Source: Coprothermobacterota bacterium
GTDB taxonomy: Bacteria; Coprothermobacterota; Coprothermobacteria; Coprothermobacterales; Coprothermobacteraceae
NCBI GenBank assembly: GCA_036679065.1
Contig: JAZIGN010000003.1
Location: forward strand, 128,001 to 192,000
DNA: 64,000 nt
Direction: 5' to 3'
A program made the translations under genes and the position numbers. The notes below the pieces were generated by a model, which made no database searches, was not told where the DNA came from, and was given only the letters and a program-made list of their open reading frames with translations. Of the stretch, positions 32,608 to 43,027 are shown one piece after another. Every line of letters starts with the position of its first letter. Within the stretch, counting starts at the first letter, position 1.

Positions 32608-33930
32608 TTAGTAAACCAAATAGATGACAAAGACCAGTGCCAGCACCGCAAGTACTGGGTGAATCTCCCTCATCTTTCCCGTAAACAGCTTCATGATGAC
32701 GTAACTTAGAATGCCAAAAATGAGTCCGTTGGCTATGGAATAGGTAAAGGGCATAGCAATCATGGTAATAAAAGCTGGTATGGCCTCTGTTAGCTCAGAA
32801 AAATTAATTTTCAAAATGGGCTCCATCATGAGAAAACCCACCACAATGAGAGCTGGCGCCGTAGCTGCAGAAGGCACTACTTCTGCCAAGGGCCAAAGAA
32901 ACAGCGAAAGCAAAAACAGTATGCCCGTCACCAATGCCGTGGCACCTGTTTTCCCTCCTTCAGCAATACCTGCTGCTGACTCCACGTAAGTGGTCACGGT
33001 GGAGGTGCCAGCCACAGCTCCTACCATGGTGCCCACAGCATCTGTTATTAGTGCTCTGTCTGCACCTTCAAAGCTGCCATCTTCCTTTAGTATGTTCAGC
33101 TTAGCAGCCAAGCCAGCAATGGTGCCCAGCGTGTCAAACATGTCCACAAAGGTGAAGGTAAATATGATGGACACAAAGCCCCACTTTAGTGCTCCCATGA
33201 TGTCCATGGCACCAAAGGTTTGAGAAAGCTCGCCCCAGTTAGGCAGTGCCACTACTGAACCGGTGAAGTTCGTAATAGGCACACCTGTGCTGCCCTTTAT
33301 GAAAGCACCAATTATGGTGGTAATGAGGATGCCCAGTAAAATGTTGCCTCTTACACGCAGTGCCATGAGCACCACGATGATGATTAAACCAACCAATGCC
33401 AGCATGGTTTCAGGCCTGGTCACACTGCCCAAACCCACCAGCGTGGCATCATTCTTCACTACTAATCCAGAATTTATCATACCGATGAAGGCAATGAACA
33501 AACCAATACCCACCGAGGCTGCCAGTTTAATGCTTAGCGGAATAGCTTGCACAATCCAACGCCTAACAGGGGTAACCGAAAGCAGAAAGAAAATCACACC
33601 ATCAATGAACACAGCCCCAAGTGCCACCTGCCACGGTAAACCCAAGCCCAAGCATACTGAGTAGGCAAAATAGGCGTTTAACCCCATGCCAGGTGCTAAA
33701 GCGAAGGGAAGTTTAGCATAAAGACCCATCATCACCGTGGAAATACCAGCTCCAATGGCAGTTGCCATGAGAACTGCCCCCTTGGGCATGCCAGCTTCAC
33801 CCAAAATGTTTGGGTTGACAAAAAGAATGTAAGCCATGGTAATGAATGTGGTCAAGCCGGCAATGATTTCGTCAGTCCAGTTGGCACCATGCCTTTCAAA
33901 ATCTAAGTGTCGTTCCAGCCAGTTAATCAA
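32608..33930 (-). CDS. NCS2/AzgA-family guanine/hypoxanthine permease (PbuG-like)
   Basis: AGLTTFITMAYILFVNP, APGMGLNAYF, TTYVESAAG; purine riboswitch upstream. Confidence 0.93.
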   Translation of the reverse strand: MINWLERHLDFERHGANWTDEIIAGLTTFITMAYILFVNPNILGEAGMPKGAVLMATAIGAGISTVMMGLYAKLPFALAPGMGLNAYFAYSVCLGLGLPWQVALGAVFIDGVIFFLLSVTPVRRWIVQAIPLSIKLAASVGIGLFIAFIGMINSGLVVKNDATLVGLGSVTRPETMLALVGLIIIVVLMALRVRGNILLGILITTIIGAFIKGSTGVPITNFTGSVVALPNWGELSQTFGAMDIMGALKWGFVSIIFTFTFVDMFDTLGTIAGLAAKLNILKEDGSFEGADRALITDAVGTMVGAVAGTSTVTTYVESAAGIAEGGKTGATALVTGILFLLSLFLWPLAEVVPSAATAPALIVVGFLMMEPILKINFSELTEAIPAFITMIAMPFTYSIANGLIFGILSYVIMKLFTGKMREIHPVLAVLALVFVIYLVY

Positions 33931-34180
33931 GATAACGTCGACCTCCTTCCAAAGGCAAACAAATAAGAAGATGACCGTGCGGGAAACAACTCAAAAAACC
34001 AAAAGAAGGAGGGTTAACTAAAAACCTAAAAGACAAAGCTGTTTGCCCTCCACCCGCACAGCAGTTTTGCTGCTACTACCACCCTTACAAAGTGCAAAAA
34101 CATTGGTAGCAGCGTGTTTTAGCTTAGACCACTGGGGGTGAAGAACAAACGCCCACACGTTAAAACGCAGTTTCTTCCTC

Positions 34181-34253
34181 ACCCCTGTGGTCTGCAGATT
34201 TACGGTCTGCAGGTAGAAACTCCCCCACCGTATTTGGAGGATTACACAGGAGT
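34181..34253 (-). promoter_or_regulatory. Purine (guanine-type) riboswitch aptamer
   Basis: ACUCCUGUG-UAA-UCCUCCA-AAUACGG-UGGGGGA-GUUUCUAC-CUGCAGA-CCGUAAA-UCUGCAG-AC-CACAGGGGU; U22, U47, U51 and C74 equivalents retained. Confidence 0.95.
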
Positions 34254-34339
34254 ACATCATGACTTTTATTTTATGTAATTATATTCTAACTCAACCTTTG
34301 CTCAGTTTCGCATTATGTTGCAAAACCCGACTGCCCTAC

Positions 34340-34720
34340 TTAAGCCTCCTCACTACTATCGCAGGAAACCCACACAGTTATGGAAGCCACCGCAATGAAC
34401 ATGTCGTCACTCTTGTCCTGAAGCTCTTCCATGGCAACGCCCTTTGTCTTTAAGCCACCTTCCTTAACCACGATGTCAGCTTCCATGTTCAGAGGCAGTG
34501 CTTCACGCACCTTGCTTATATCCACAGTTCCAGCACCGGGCACGCCTAGGTCAATTGTGAGCTTTACTTTGCAGCTGCTTAGCAGCCCACCTTCAACCAA
34601 ACTGGGCATGCACACGCGGTGCACAGCATCCAAAATGGCTTTTTGGCAAGCATGCGTGGGGCTTTGCCCATGTTGATCAACGCCCATGCCCATTTCAATG
34701 AGAAGTTTATGCCACGCCAT
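34340..34720 (-). CDS. Lin0512 family protein
   Basis: IEMGMGVDQHGQSPT..A..A..DA motif; GGAGGTG RBS. Confidence 0.85.
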   Translation of the reverse strand: MAWHKLLIEMGMGVDQHGQSPTHACQKAILDAVHRVCMPSLVEGGLLSSCKVKLTIDLGVPGAGTVDISKVREALPLNMEADIVVKEGGLKTKGVAMEELQDKSDDMFIAVASITVWVSCDSSEEA

Positions 34721-34773
34721 ACCTGACACACCTCCCTTCATGTGACTTATGAACTCATTTTAGCCAATAAAAC

Positions 34774-34814
34774 AAAAAAGGGGCACCCCTTTTATTGGGG
34801 TACCCCTTCTTTTT
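34774..34814. terminator. Intrinsic terminator after the S-layer-like gene
   Basis: AAAAAAGGGGCACCCC...GGGGTACCCCTTCTTTTT. Confidence 0.8.
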
Positions 34815-34848
34815 GTTTAAGTGTGTTGCTTGCTATGACGGAGCTGCG

Positions 34849-37638
34849 TTATTTCATTAGGCGAATGGTGTTGCCCAGCCACTCCACCTGGTAACCCAGC
34901 GTCTCTACCACAAATCTCAGCGGTACCATGGTTCTGCCGTTGAGAATCTCAGGAGCGACGTCCAAAGCTACGAGGTTGCCATTTACCATGGCAGTGGGCT
35001 GACCAATGATGAGCAGCATGAATGGATGTTCCTTGTCCTTCTCTGGATCCTGATCTGCCTTGAAGATGAATACCATCTTGTTGGCAGGATCGGAGAAGTC
35101 CCAAGAAGCCTTGAAGCCAACGGCCTCTGCCAAATGTCTGATTGGTACCAAGGTTCTGCCTTCCTTGATGTAAGGTGTGGCGTCCCAGAACTTGGTTTCA
35201 CCATTCACGGTGTAGATATCCATACCAGGAGCAAGCTCGATAATTGTCTCGTACTCAGGCTTAGCTTCTGCTACTACTAAGCTGAACGTGGCATCCTGAT
35301 ATCCGGCCACTTTCACAAGCACACTGTATGTGCCCATGGGCAGCTCGGGAATCAATATGCTCACAGAACCATCCGCAGCAACGTAGCCGCTGTATTCGGT
35401 GCCAAGCAGGTTAATCTTTACTTCAGTGCCAGCAGCTAAGGTAGCTCCAGCTGCATTCACAGGCGTAAAAGCTAATACCTTCGTACCGAAGGCAATTGTA
35501 GCATTTTCGACTGTAAGCTTGCCGTACACAGAGCTAAGTTCTACCTCATGTTCATAACCGCTGTTAAACTTAAAGGTCACCTTAACAGTGCCTTTCTCAG
35601 CAGTGGTCACAATGGTAGCAGTGATTGCTTCTTCTGCGATCTTCGCAGTGATGCTCTTCACAGCACCTGTGGCGGTCACACTTGTCACAGCCCTTAAATC
35701 TTCCACATTGGTAGAAGTGAAAGTCACTACGTTGGAGCTGTTCGCCAACAGTTCAGCAGGAGTAGCCGTGAACACGGGCTCCACAAAGGTCAACGTTGCA
35801 CTGCCCTGATAGTTGGCACTTTCAACAACCACCTGGTACACGCCTGCCTCTTCAGGCATGGTGTTAACAGGCAACGTTACTTTTTGCACTGTGGCAGCAC
35901 CGGTAAAGGTGTAAGCAAGAACTCCTGTGTTCTCGCCATCCGCGTCAACTAACTTCAGACTAGCGCCTCCAAGAGCTTCTGGAGAAGCCACTGTCACAGT
36001 CAATGTGGTCTTTGGACCAAGTACGATTTCGTTCTTGTCCAGAGTGATGTTGATACCGGTAGAACGTGCGATTTCGACAAATACCTTCGCCTGCAAGACA
36101 TTATTGCTTTTTACTTCTACGTAAGATTCAGCATCAGCTTTCATAATCTTGCTTCCAACAATCTCTAGTTCGTAAGTACCGTTGTTAACCAGCTCAGTTT
36201 TGCCATTGATCTCAGCGATAGGATCAGCACTGTTCACAGCGCTGAAAAACCGCACCAGCGCATTGTTCACTGGATTGCCGTAGGCATCCTTTACCACTAC
36301 GGTCAATGTTTGCGTAGCACCTCTGACCAGTTCTTCAGGATCTACAGTAGCTACGTAACCAGGAATTGTAGTGGAGAAAGTCTTGCTTATGGTCTGAGTG
36401 GGAGTGCCCACCAATACTGCTTCAACCTGTAGGGTTAGCTCACCGTAGCCTAGAGGCGTGACTTGTATGCTGTTAGTACCTGTCAACGTCTCACCATTCT
36501 CTTTCACCGGTCCACTTACTTTCACTTTAACAGAAGTTACAGTGTAACCAGCATACGGTGTACTAAATTCTACCGTGTTCAGTGCACCAATTTGCCACCT
36601 GGTAGGCCACTTAACTGCCAGGCCGTATTCTTCGCTGGTGGAAACATTGAGTTTTGCAGCCCCTGTTCCGTAGTAGTCAGGCCCATTTACCTTCACAGTA
36701 ACGTCAGCAACGCCTACACTGTTAAACTTCACACCTGTTGCTGTAATCCTACCTTGACTACCGGTTGTACCTGTAAACGTCACTGCTTCGCTTCCCAGCG
36801 TTATGGTTCCTGTAACAACGTGACGAGCTAGCTTAACATCGCCAACCAGAAGTTGTAAAGTAACATCGTTATCCACACCAGCAACGATTGTCTCAGGGTT
36901 AAGGTTAACCGTCACATCAGCCAAATTCTTAACTTCAATAGTGTAATAAGGGGCTCTGTTGTAAGTAGCAGTAGTAGTAGGCTTCTGTACTGTGATGTTG
37001 TATTTTGTCCCCACATTGCCGTAAGCGTTGAAGGTCAAGCTGAAGGTTCCAGTAGTTGCAGTACCGCTTATAGTAGCTGATGCGACTGAGCTGGTGCCTG
37101 TCCACGCGAATACTTTGTAATTATTAACATTCAGTCCCAAAGTATCTTCGAGCGGCGTAACCGTACCTGTAATGGTCACTTTCTGACCACTGGTTACCTC
37201 AGTAGGTACAGCATCCTTTGGCTCTACCTTGAAAAGCTGCAGTGGTATCCCTGCCGAAACTGTAGTGGTGCTATTAATTTCGTATGTGAGAGCGTACACC
37301 CCATCATCCAACACCGTAATATCGTTGTAGAAAACATACGCAGTAAAGTTGTTGTTCGATACTGCAACGTATAACCAAGCTGCTGCATCGAAATTAAACG
37401 ACGCTGTATCTAGACTATCAACACCATTTATGCTCCCCTGTATCATCAGTACTAGATCCTCGCTCTTGTCGGTATCATTGTCAATGTCTAAGTCCAAATC
37501 CTCTTCAGTTGTCCACACGGGCTCTTTCACCGTCATGGTGTAAATGGGGGTTGCGGCATTTGCTGTCACCACTGGTGTCAACGTCAGAGCTAAGGCAAGC
37601 ACAGCAACAAGCGCAAATAATTTCTTCATGCCTTTCAT
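34849..37638 (-). CDS. Large secreted surface (S-layer-like) protein with C-terminal Cu-amine-oxidase-N (stalk) domain
   Basis: Signal peptide; Thr/Val/Ala-rich Ig-like body with no Cys; PYIKEGRTLVPIR...PEILNGRTMVPLRFV C-terminus. Confidence 0.75.
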   Translation of the reverse strand: MKGMKKLFALVAVLALALTLTPVVTANAATPIYTMTVKEPVWTTEEDLDLDIDNDTDKSEDLVLMIQGSINGVDSLDTASFNFDAAAWLYVAVSNNNFTAYVFYNDITVLDDGVYALTYEINSTTTVSAGIPLQLFKVEPKDAVPTEVTSGQKVTITGTVTPLEDTLGLNVNNYKVFAWTGTSSVASATISGTATTGTFSLTFNAYGNVGTKYNITVQKPTTTATYNRAPYYTIEVKNLADVTVNLNPETIVAGVDNDVTLQLLVGDVKLARHVVTGTITLGSEAVTFTGTTGSQGRITATGVKFNSVGVADVTVKVNGPDYYGTGAAKLNVSTSEEYGLAVKWPTRWQIGALNTVEFSTPYAGYTVTSVKVKVSGPVKENGETLTGTNSIQVTPLGYGELTLQVEAVLVGTPTQTISKTFSTTIPGYVATVDPEELVRGATQTLTVVVKDAYGNPVNNALVRFFSAVNSADPIAEINGKTELVNNGTYELEIVGSKIMKADAESYVEVKSNNVLQAKVFVEIARSTGINITLDKNEIVLGPKTTLTVTVASPEALGGASLKLVDADGENTGVLAYTFTGAATVQKVTLPVNTMPEEAGVYQVVVESANYQGSATLTFVEPVFTATPAELLANSSNVVTFTSTNVEDLRAVTSVTATGAVKSITAKIAEEAITATIVTTAEKGTVKVTFKFNSGYEHEVELSSVYGKLTVENATIAFGTKVLAFTPVNAAGATLAAGTEVKINLLGTEYSGYVAADGSVSILIPELPMGTYSVLVKVAGYQDATFSLVVAEAKPEYETIIELAPGMDIYTVNGETKFWDATPYIKEGRTLVPIRHLAEAVGFKASWDFSDPANKMVFIFKADQDPEKDKEHPFMLLIIGQPTAMVNGNLVALDVAPEILNGRTMVPLRFVVETLGYQVEWLGNTIRLMK

Positions 37639-37677
37639 TGTTTTCCCTCCTTTTTCTTAAGGTGTTTGAACACACTA

Positions 37678-37852
37678 TTAGATGTTCTAAACCCTTAGCA
37701 GGTGATCAAAAAGCAACTTCTTTTCGTCTTAGGTCATCAGAAACCCATACTGTCTTAGGTGATCAACCTTACGCTTAGATCATCCGTTCTTAGGTAATCC
37801 AAGGCTTTATTGTTCTTCTCTTAGGTGGTCAACCCCGCCAGAGGTGATCAAG
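37678..37852 (-). repeat. Array of ~8 short direct repeats (consensus TTGATCACCTAAGA) in the leader of the S-layer-like gene
   Basis: Plus-strand copies start at about 37678, 37700, 37727, 37753, 37773, 37788, 37819 and 37840. Confidence 0.85.
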
Positions 37853-37900
37853 ATCATAAAGATATATACCCCACCTCGGGGTGTTCTATTACCTTTATAC

Positions 37901-37915
37901 GCAACAAACGTGCCA
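37901..37915 (-). promoter_or_regulatory. Sigma54 (-24/-12) promoter
   Basis: TGGCACGTTTGTTGC matches the TGGCACG-N4-TTGC consensus; predicted +1 near 37889, followed by a 5' hairpin (ACCCC-GAGGT-GGGGT). Confidence 0.75.
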
Positions 37916-37993
37916 CACTTATAATTCCCTCAATAAACCCGATAAAGAAAGCACTCTAGTCGGGCAATTCGTTACATTGTATCCGTTCAACAA

Positions 37994-38018
37994 TTAAGGG
38001 GGGCAATAAGCCCCCCTA
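37994..38018 (-). terminator. Terminator after the S8 protease gene
   Basis: AGGGGGGC-TTATT-GCCCCCCT followed by TAATT. Confidence 0.65.
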
Positions 38019-38053
38019 GTTCTACATTTTTTAAAATCTAGAAAATGCCTTAG

Positions 38054-41000
38054 TTATCTCGGTATAGATAATGGCAGGTTAATTGTTATATCTCTGCTTA
38101 CTATAACCACATAGGCCTTGCCTGGCAGCATAATTCCATCAGTAACTTTTATCATCGTGCCATTGGTAGTGATAACGCTTAGTGACAGTAGTGCGTCACC
38201 AAAAAGATCATTGGCGTTAACAGGGCTATTCTGCGGTATGCTCAGGTAATTGCTAACATTGCGTTTCAACGTTATGCTGGAAGTGCCAAATACCTCTCCT
38301 TCAAGAATCACAGTTTTTGCTTCACCCAAGCTAGCGCGGTAGACTGCAAATGCCATTGGCTTTTCATCATTGGCAAGTATCCAGCTAGTCCCACTTCTAC
38401 GGTACACGTTAACTCCTGGTAGGATATCTCTTAAAGTCTTATCCACATAAATAGGCATACCGAAATAGTTTGTCCCTGCACTTAGCGACAAATCAAAAGC
38501 TACGCCGACAATTTCTTCGGCCACGTTCAAAGTGAATTCAAAAGTGCTAGTTTGACCTACACTGTCTATCGCTGTAATCTGAACTACATATTTACCAGCA
38601 GCAGCAAAGTTAAGTGTCACAGGGCTGCTATCACCTATTTTGGTGCTGTTTAGCTTCACACTGATAGAAGCGACCTTTACATCATCCGATGCAACAAATG
38701 TGAGCAATCCCTCAGCAGGTAGCGGCAAGGTAATTTCGTATTCCCCACCGTTTTCAGGTGCAATAGTTTCATCACCTATTTTAAGTTCAACTTTATCGAT
38801 TACGGGTGGAAGATCAACCCCTGACCCGTAAATGCGCAGATGTAAGGTGTACTCAGAGTTATTGCCAGCTTCGTCGACTAATTCCATGGTGTACGTTTGA
38901 GATGAACCAATGTCCAAGTTCACAGGTACAAAGAAAGTACCTTCCCCACCAGCACCAGTGTCGCCCCAACCTCCAATGTGGTCTCCGTCAAGATAGACAT
39001 CAAAATAAGTATAATCGTCAGATGCTTTAAGTACTAATTGACCTGTTGTGCTTTGCTCAGTTCTAACAAGAAGATCTATATCGTTTCCATTAATTTGTTT
39101 CCCAACTACTATAGCACCTGTGTCGCTTATGACCGTTACATCATCAATCTTTGGAGCCTGTCCATCTATGACAACGCGCCTCGAACTTGCAGAAACAAAT
39201 CCGAATGCAGACTTCACCTCGACATTAACCTGGTACCTACCTGCATCTAGCGAGTCATCTATGAATGTTGGATCGTCAAAGCTGTTCCCACTAAATACTT
39301 CAGATTTCACGATAGTTGTTTTTACTTCTCCGTTTTCCACAGCGATTCTGCTTAGGCTAACGGTTCCAGTCTTTGCAGGTCCTTCGACAACCACAGATAT
39401 GCCTGTGGAGGTACCTTGTTTTACAACCATAAATGTGGATTCAGGAATGATGGTGATCTTCAGAAGATCCAGCGAAATAGCAGTGGTAACTTTAGCCGTG
39501 TTTTCATAGATGTCTTTGGCGGTGACTTCAATTGTGTACTTCCCAGCAGCAGGAACCTTGTACTTAACCACTTCTTCGCTTACTGGTCCAAGAGCGGAAA
39601 CAACACCGGAGAACTCTTGAACCACAGAACCGTTAGTATCCTTTATAGTAACCTTATAAGTAGCTCCTGGTGCGTTAAGAACTTTGAAGCTGACCTTCAG
39701 GTATTCTCCGTCAGCTACTGCCTCCAGGTTGCCAAGCCCCACTTTTGTATTAGGGTTGTCGTAGACCAGGAATACACGTTCGCCTACGCCTACATTACCA
39801 GCGCCGTCTTCCGCTACAAGGTCATCTACAAAAATTGTTCCGTCTTCCCAATTTGTAGTACCAGTACCGTCTAATACCACTTCCAGGATGTTGTAAGTGA
39901 AGGTAGAAGTGTTCGCGGGATCAATCCCTGCAGCCTTATTTGCACCAAAAAGGTAATAACTCAGTATGGAGCTATTATCAGTACCAGTCGCCACTAGACT
40001 AAACGTCGTGGAAGTCGGAACAATGGCTCTAAATTCTTCGTCCTCGAAATCAATCAAGGTTGCGGTGGCATTCTGCCAGTCCGATAACCTTGAAATTGGA
40101 GGTGTTTTATCAACTTTTACTGGTATATCCATGACTTGAGTGGAAAGAAGTTCACTTTCATCACTGATAAGTGGGTCAGGCATGGCAACTATTCTTATGG
40201 TATATTGGCCTTCCGGCACGAAATTACCGTTACGGTCAGTGCCATCCCACTCCCAAAGCTTCGACCATCCCGTCCTTAAAGCTGCAGAAGTACTGTCACG
40301 GGAACTCACGCCAGCACGCACAAAATTCTCTGAAACTATGGTCTTAACCACCTTACCTGCGCTGTTCAGCACATTGATAGTAAGCGCACGGGCATTTCTA
40401 AGCATGCCTAGCCCCACTACAAGCCGTTCGTTCCACTCACTATAATCGGAACCAGCACTTATAGCCAGAGCTTTCGGTTCGAATTGCCCAGCTTTTCTGC
40501 CGATGTAGTAAAGACCATCTCCATACGGATAATACACGCCTGTCAATCCATCCCACGAATCAGCATTCCACCACGGTAGGTCAATAATGTTATTGTTGTC
40601 AGGCCATTTGCTATCACCGTTTATGGTGTCCCTTTCACTGTAAATAGCCCAATCACCGAAATAGCCAAGGAATGGGAAAACTCTTGCCCCATCTGCAGAA
40701 GCGAATAAAAGTCTGCCCTCAACGAAAATATTCGTCCATGCTTCCGAGGGTTGTATTGTCACCTGGACAGTCTTGCTAGCGCCTGGTTCAACACTGACAG
40801 AAGAAGGCGCCGAAACGGTTCCAACGGTATAGGTGGCTCCTTGGTTCCCGTAAACGATCTGTTCCAGACTCGTAGTCACGTAGCCACTAATGTTAGCCGT
40901 ATATGTTGTTGTACCTTTGTTTGTGATGGTTAGCGTGATCGTTTTATTGCCTGTAAACGCACCCAATTCTGCATATGGTTGACCGTTGTAGGTTATGAAC

Positions 41001-43027
41001 ACGTTGTTACTAACAGCTTTGGCTACGTTAATTCTGCCTGCACCTTGCACACGTGGACTGTAGTTTGAAATGGGCTCTGCAGTGCTAACCAAAGCCTGCT
41101 TTATCTGCTCTGGCGTCCAGTCAGGATGGGCTTGTTTGATAACAGCCACGGCGCCAGCTACGTGTGGAGCTGCCATAGACGTGCCTTGATACGTGGCATA
41201 TTGATTACCAGGGACAGAAGAGAATATGGCAACACCTGGTGCAGATACTGTGGGCTTAAACGCCATGTTGGGTGCAGGACCCCAGGAAGTAAAGCTTGCC
41301 ATAGCGTTAGGGTTAGTAGCAGCATAGCTTCTAGCAATTTCGTCACTGAACACAACCTGTAAAGAGCCGTCTCCAGTCTGAATAGCACTTCTAAGTTTCA
41401 ACTTATCAGGACCACCTATGAATACTGCTGGAATGGTGTTAGCAGCAGTGCCCAATGCCATACTAATGAGGGAGGCATCAGTATCGTTGTTGCCTACCAC
41501 CACTCCACTGGCACCCACAGCTAGTGCGTTGTTCACTTTTTCTCCAAAAGTGCAGGTTCCTCTGTCAATTAGAAGAACCTTCCCGCTGTAGTCGTTCTGG
41601 GGTACTGTGCAGAATTGGCTGTTAGTGTCCAGTATGGTGACTGGCTGCTGATTGAACACTGAAACAGGATCTGGGGATTCAGGACTTGTTAAGTACATAA
41701 CGTAATCGTCGTTAAATTTGAGCTTTTGACCTTCCAAGACCGTACCTTGGTTGTTAACAGCTGCCACAGTAACGGCATAGCGACTTGCGCCAGGCGCACC
41801 TACTCGTGCTGGGTCTTTAATGTAGGAAGTGTACTTGCCATCTGGATTTGTTCCGATGTAATTGGGGCCCAAAGCATATTCGAAAAATGCATTGTTTCCA
41901 GCGGAAATTGCAAAGGTAATACCAGCTTCATAAGCGTTCTTTATGGCTTTCTGTTCAGGATCGGTTGGGTCGTCAAAACCTTTATCCGATCCCAGTGACA
42001 TGTTTGCGGCGACCACGTTTACACCATTCTGCTTGAGTTGGATAAGGTATTCAATAGCTGCTACTATGTCCGCACTGTAAGCATAAGGTCCATAATCGCT
42101 AAAAACCTTGCAAATGATTATCTTGGCATCTGGAGCGACACCTTTTAAGGGAACAACATTGCCATTCTTGTCTTGGAACTCCGCCATTCCAACCCCGGCA
42201 ACAGTACCAGCAACGTGAGTACCATGCCCGTTGTGGTCCATGGGGTCACTGTCGCCGTCTGCAAAATCATAGCCATAGGGGATTTTTTCATTTGGGAAGC
42301 TACTGTAACCGCCGAAGTTTTCGTGAGTGTAGTCAATACCAGTATCAATAACAGCAACATACGTTCCTGATCCAGTATAGCCTAGGTTCCAAGCCTCAGG
42401 TGCACCAATGAGCGGAGCAGAGTTAACCATGTCTGGGCTAACACCAATTTCTTGCATGCTTTCATAGGAAATTGGTTCTCCAACTATGTCCACAGTGTAA
42501 GGCTTGGAAATATAAACCTGTGCGATTCTGCCTTTTCCTGCCAGAGATAGTATGTCTTTTAGCTGATCCAAGGAAACAACGCCAGTAAAACCGTTGACTG
42601 TAGCATAAAGATCATACTGCTTAACGAAGTTCGGGACTGCTGATTTTACTTGATTCAGAGCCTCTAAGTGGATTTTATCTGCCTGGTCTTTAAATGCGTT
42701 GAGGTCAGTGTTACCACTCTCAAAAAATGGTGCCTGGTTCACCTCGATGATAACTTTGGCTCTGCCTCCAAGGGCTTTTATGCCCTCGTAAACATCTTTA
42801 GTTACGACAAAACCGCCACCAATGTCAACAGTGTCCAGTGTAACATCAGCTTTTTTGGCGCTGTCCTTAATTGTCTCAATGAATTGTTCCTTCACCTTGT
42901 CAAAGTCATCAAAGTTAACAACGTTTGAAGTAGCAGGTGTTTCAGCGAAAGCTTGCAATGGGAAAACAGTAACAACCAAAACCAGAGCCAAAACTAACGA
43001 AATGGTTTTCCTAAAATTACTCACCAC
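38054..43027 (-). CDS. Secreted multidomain S8 serine protease (lactocepin/C5a-peptidase-like; propeptide, PA, Fn-like, Ig-like domains)
   Basis: VAVIDTG, HGTHVAG and GTSMAAPHVAG triad; PA insert (LIDRGTCTFGEK); GTG start after GGAGGGTG. Confidence 0.93.
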   Translation of the reverse strand: MVSNFRKTISLVLALVLVVTVFPLQAFAETPATSNVVNFDDFDKVKEQFIETIKDSAKKADVTLDTVDIGGGFVVTKDVYEGIKALGGRAKVIIEVNQAPFFESGNTDLNAFKDQADKIHLEALNQVKSAVPNFVKQYDLYATVNGFTGVVSLDQLKDILSLAGKGRIAQVYISKPYTVDIVGEPISYESMQEIGVSPDMVNSAPLIGAPEAWNLGYTGSGTYVAVIDTGIDYTHENFGGYSSFPNEKIPYGYDFADGDSDPMDHNGHGTHVAGTVAGVGMAEFQDKNGNVVPLKGVAPDAKIIICKVFSDYGPYAYSADIVAAIEYLIQLKQNGVNVVAANMSLGSDKGFDDPTDPEQKAIKNAYEAGITFAISAGNNAFFEYALGPNYIGTNPDGKYTSYIKDPARVGAPGASRYAVTVAAVNNQGTVLEGQKLKFNDDYVMYLTSPESPDPVSVFNQQPVTILDTNSQFCTVPQNDYSGKVLLIDRGTCTFGEKVNNALAVGASGVVVGNNDTDASLISMALGTAANTIPAVFIGGPDKLKLRSAIQTGDGSLQVVFSDEIARSYAATNPNAMASFTSWGPAPNMAFKPTVSAPGVAIFSSVPGNQYATYQGTSMAAPHVAGAVAVIKQAHPDWTPEQIKQALVSTAEPISNYSPRVQGAGRINVAKAVSNNVFITYNGQPYAELGAFTGNKTITLTITNKGTTTYTANISGYVTTSLEQIVYGNQGATYTVGTVSAPSSVSVEPGASKTVQVTIQPSEAWTNIFVEGRLLFASADGARVFPFLGYFGDWAIYSERDTINGDSKWPDNNNIIDLPWWNADSWDGLTGVYYPYGDGLYYIGRKAGQFEPKALAISAGSDYSEWNERLVVGLGMLRNARALTINVLNSAGKVVKTIVSENFVRAGVSSRDSTSAALRTGWSKLWEWDGTDRNGNFVPEGQYTIRIVAMPDPLISDESELLSTQVMDIPVKVDKTPPISRLSDWQNATATLIDFEDEEFRAIVPTSTTFSLVATGTDNSSILSYYLFGANKAAGIDPANTSTFTYNILEVVLDGTGTTNWEDGTIFVDDLVAEDGAGNVGVGERVFLVYDNPNTKVGLGNLEAVADGEYLKVSFKVLNAPGATYKVTIKDTNGSVVQEFSGVVSALGPVSEEVVKYKVPAAGKYTIEVTAKDIYENTAKVTTAISLDLLKITIIPESTFMVVKQGTSTGISVVVEGPAKTGTVSLSRIAVENGEVKTTIVKSEVFSGNSFDDPTFIDDSLDAGRYQVNVEVKSAFGFVSASSRRVVIDGQAPKIDDVTVISDTGAIVVGKQINGNDIDLLVRTEQSTTGQLVLKASDDYTYFDVYLDGDHIGGWGDTGAGGEGTFFVPVNLDIGSSQTYTMELVDEAGNNSEYTLHLRIYGSGVDLPPVIDKVELKIGDETIAPENGGEYEITLPLPAEGLLTFVASDDVKVASISVKLNSTKIGDSSPVTLNFAAAGKYVVQITAIDSVGQTSTFEFTLNVAEEIVGVAFDLSLSAGTNYFGMPIYVDKTLRDILPGVNVYRRSGTSWILANDEKPMAFAVYRASLGEAKTVILEGEVFGTSSITLKRNVSNYLSIPQNSPVNANDLFGDALLSLSVITTNGTMIKVTDGIMLPGKAYVVIVSRDITINLPLSIPR

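Noticed and set aside
37678..37852. CRISPR array interpretation of the short repeats
   Set aside because: Repeats are only about 13 nt, degenerate and irregularly spaced with very short spacers; there are no cas genes in the window
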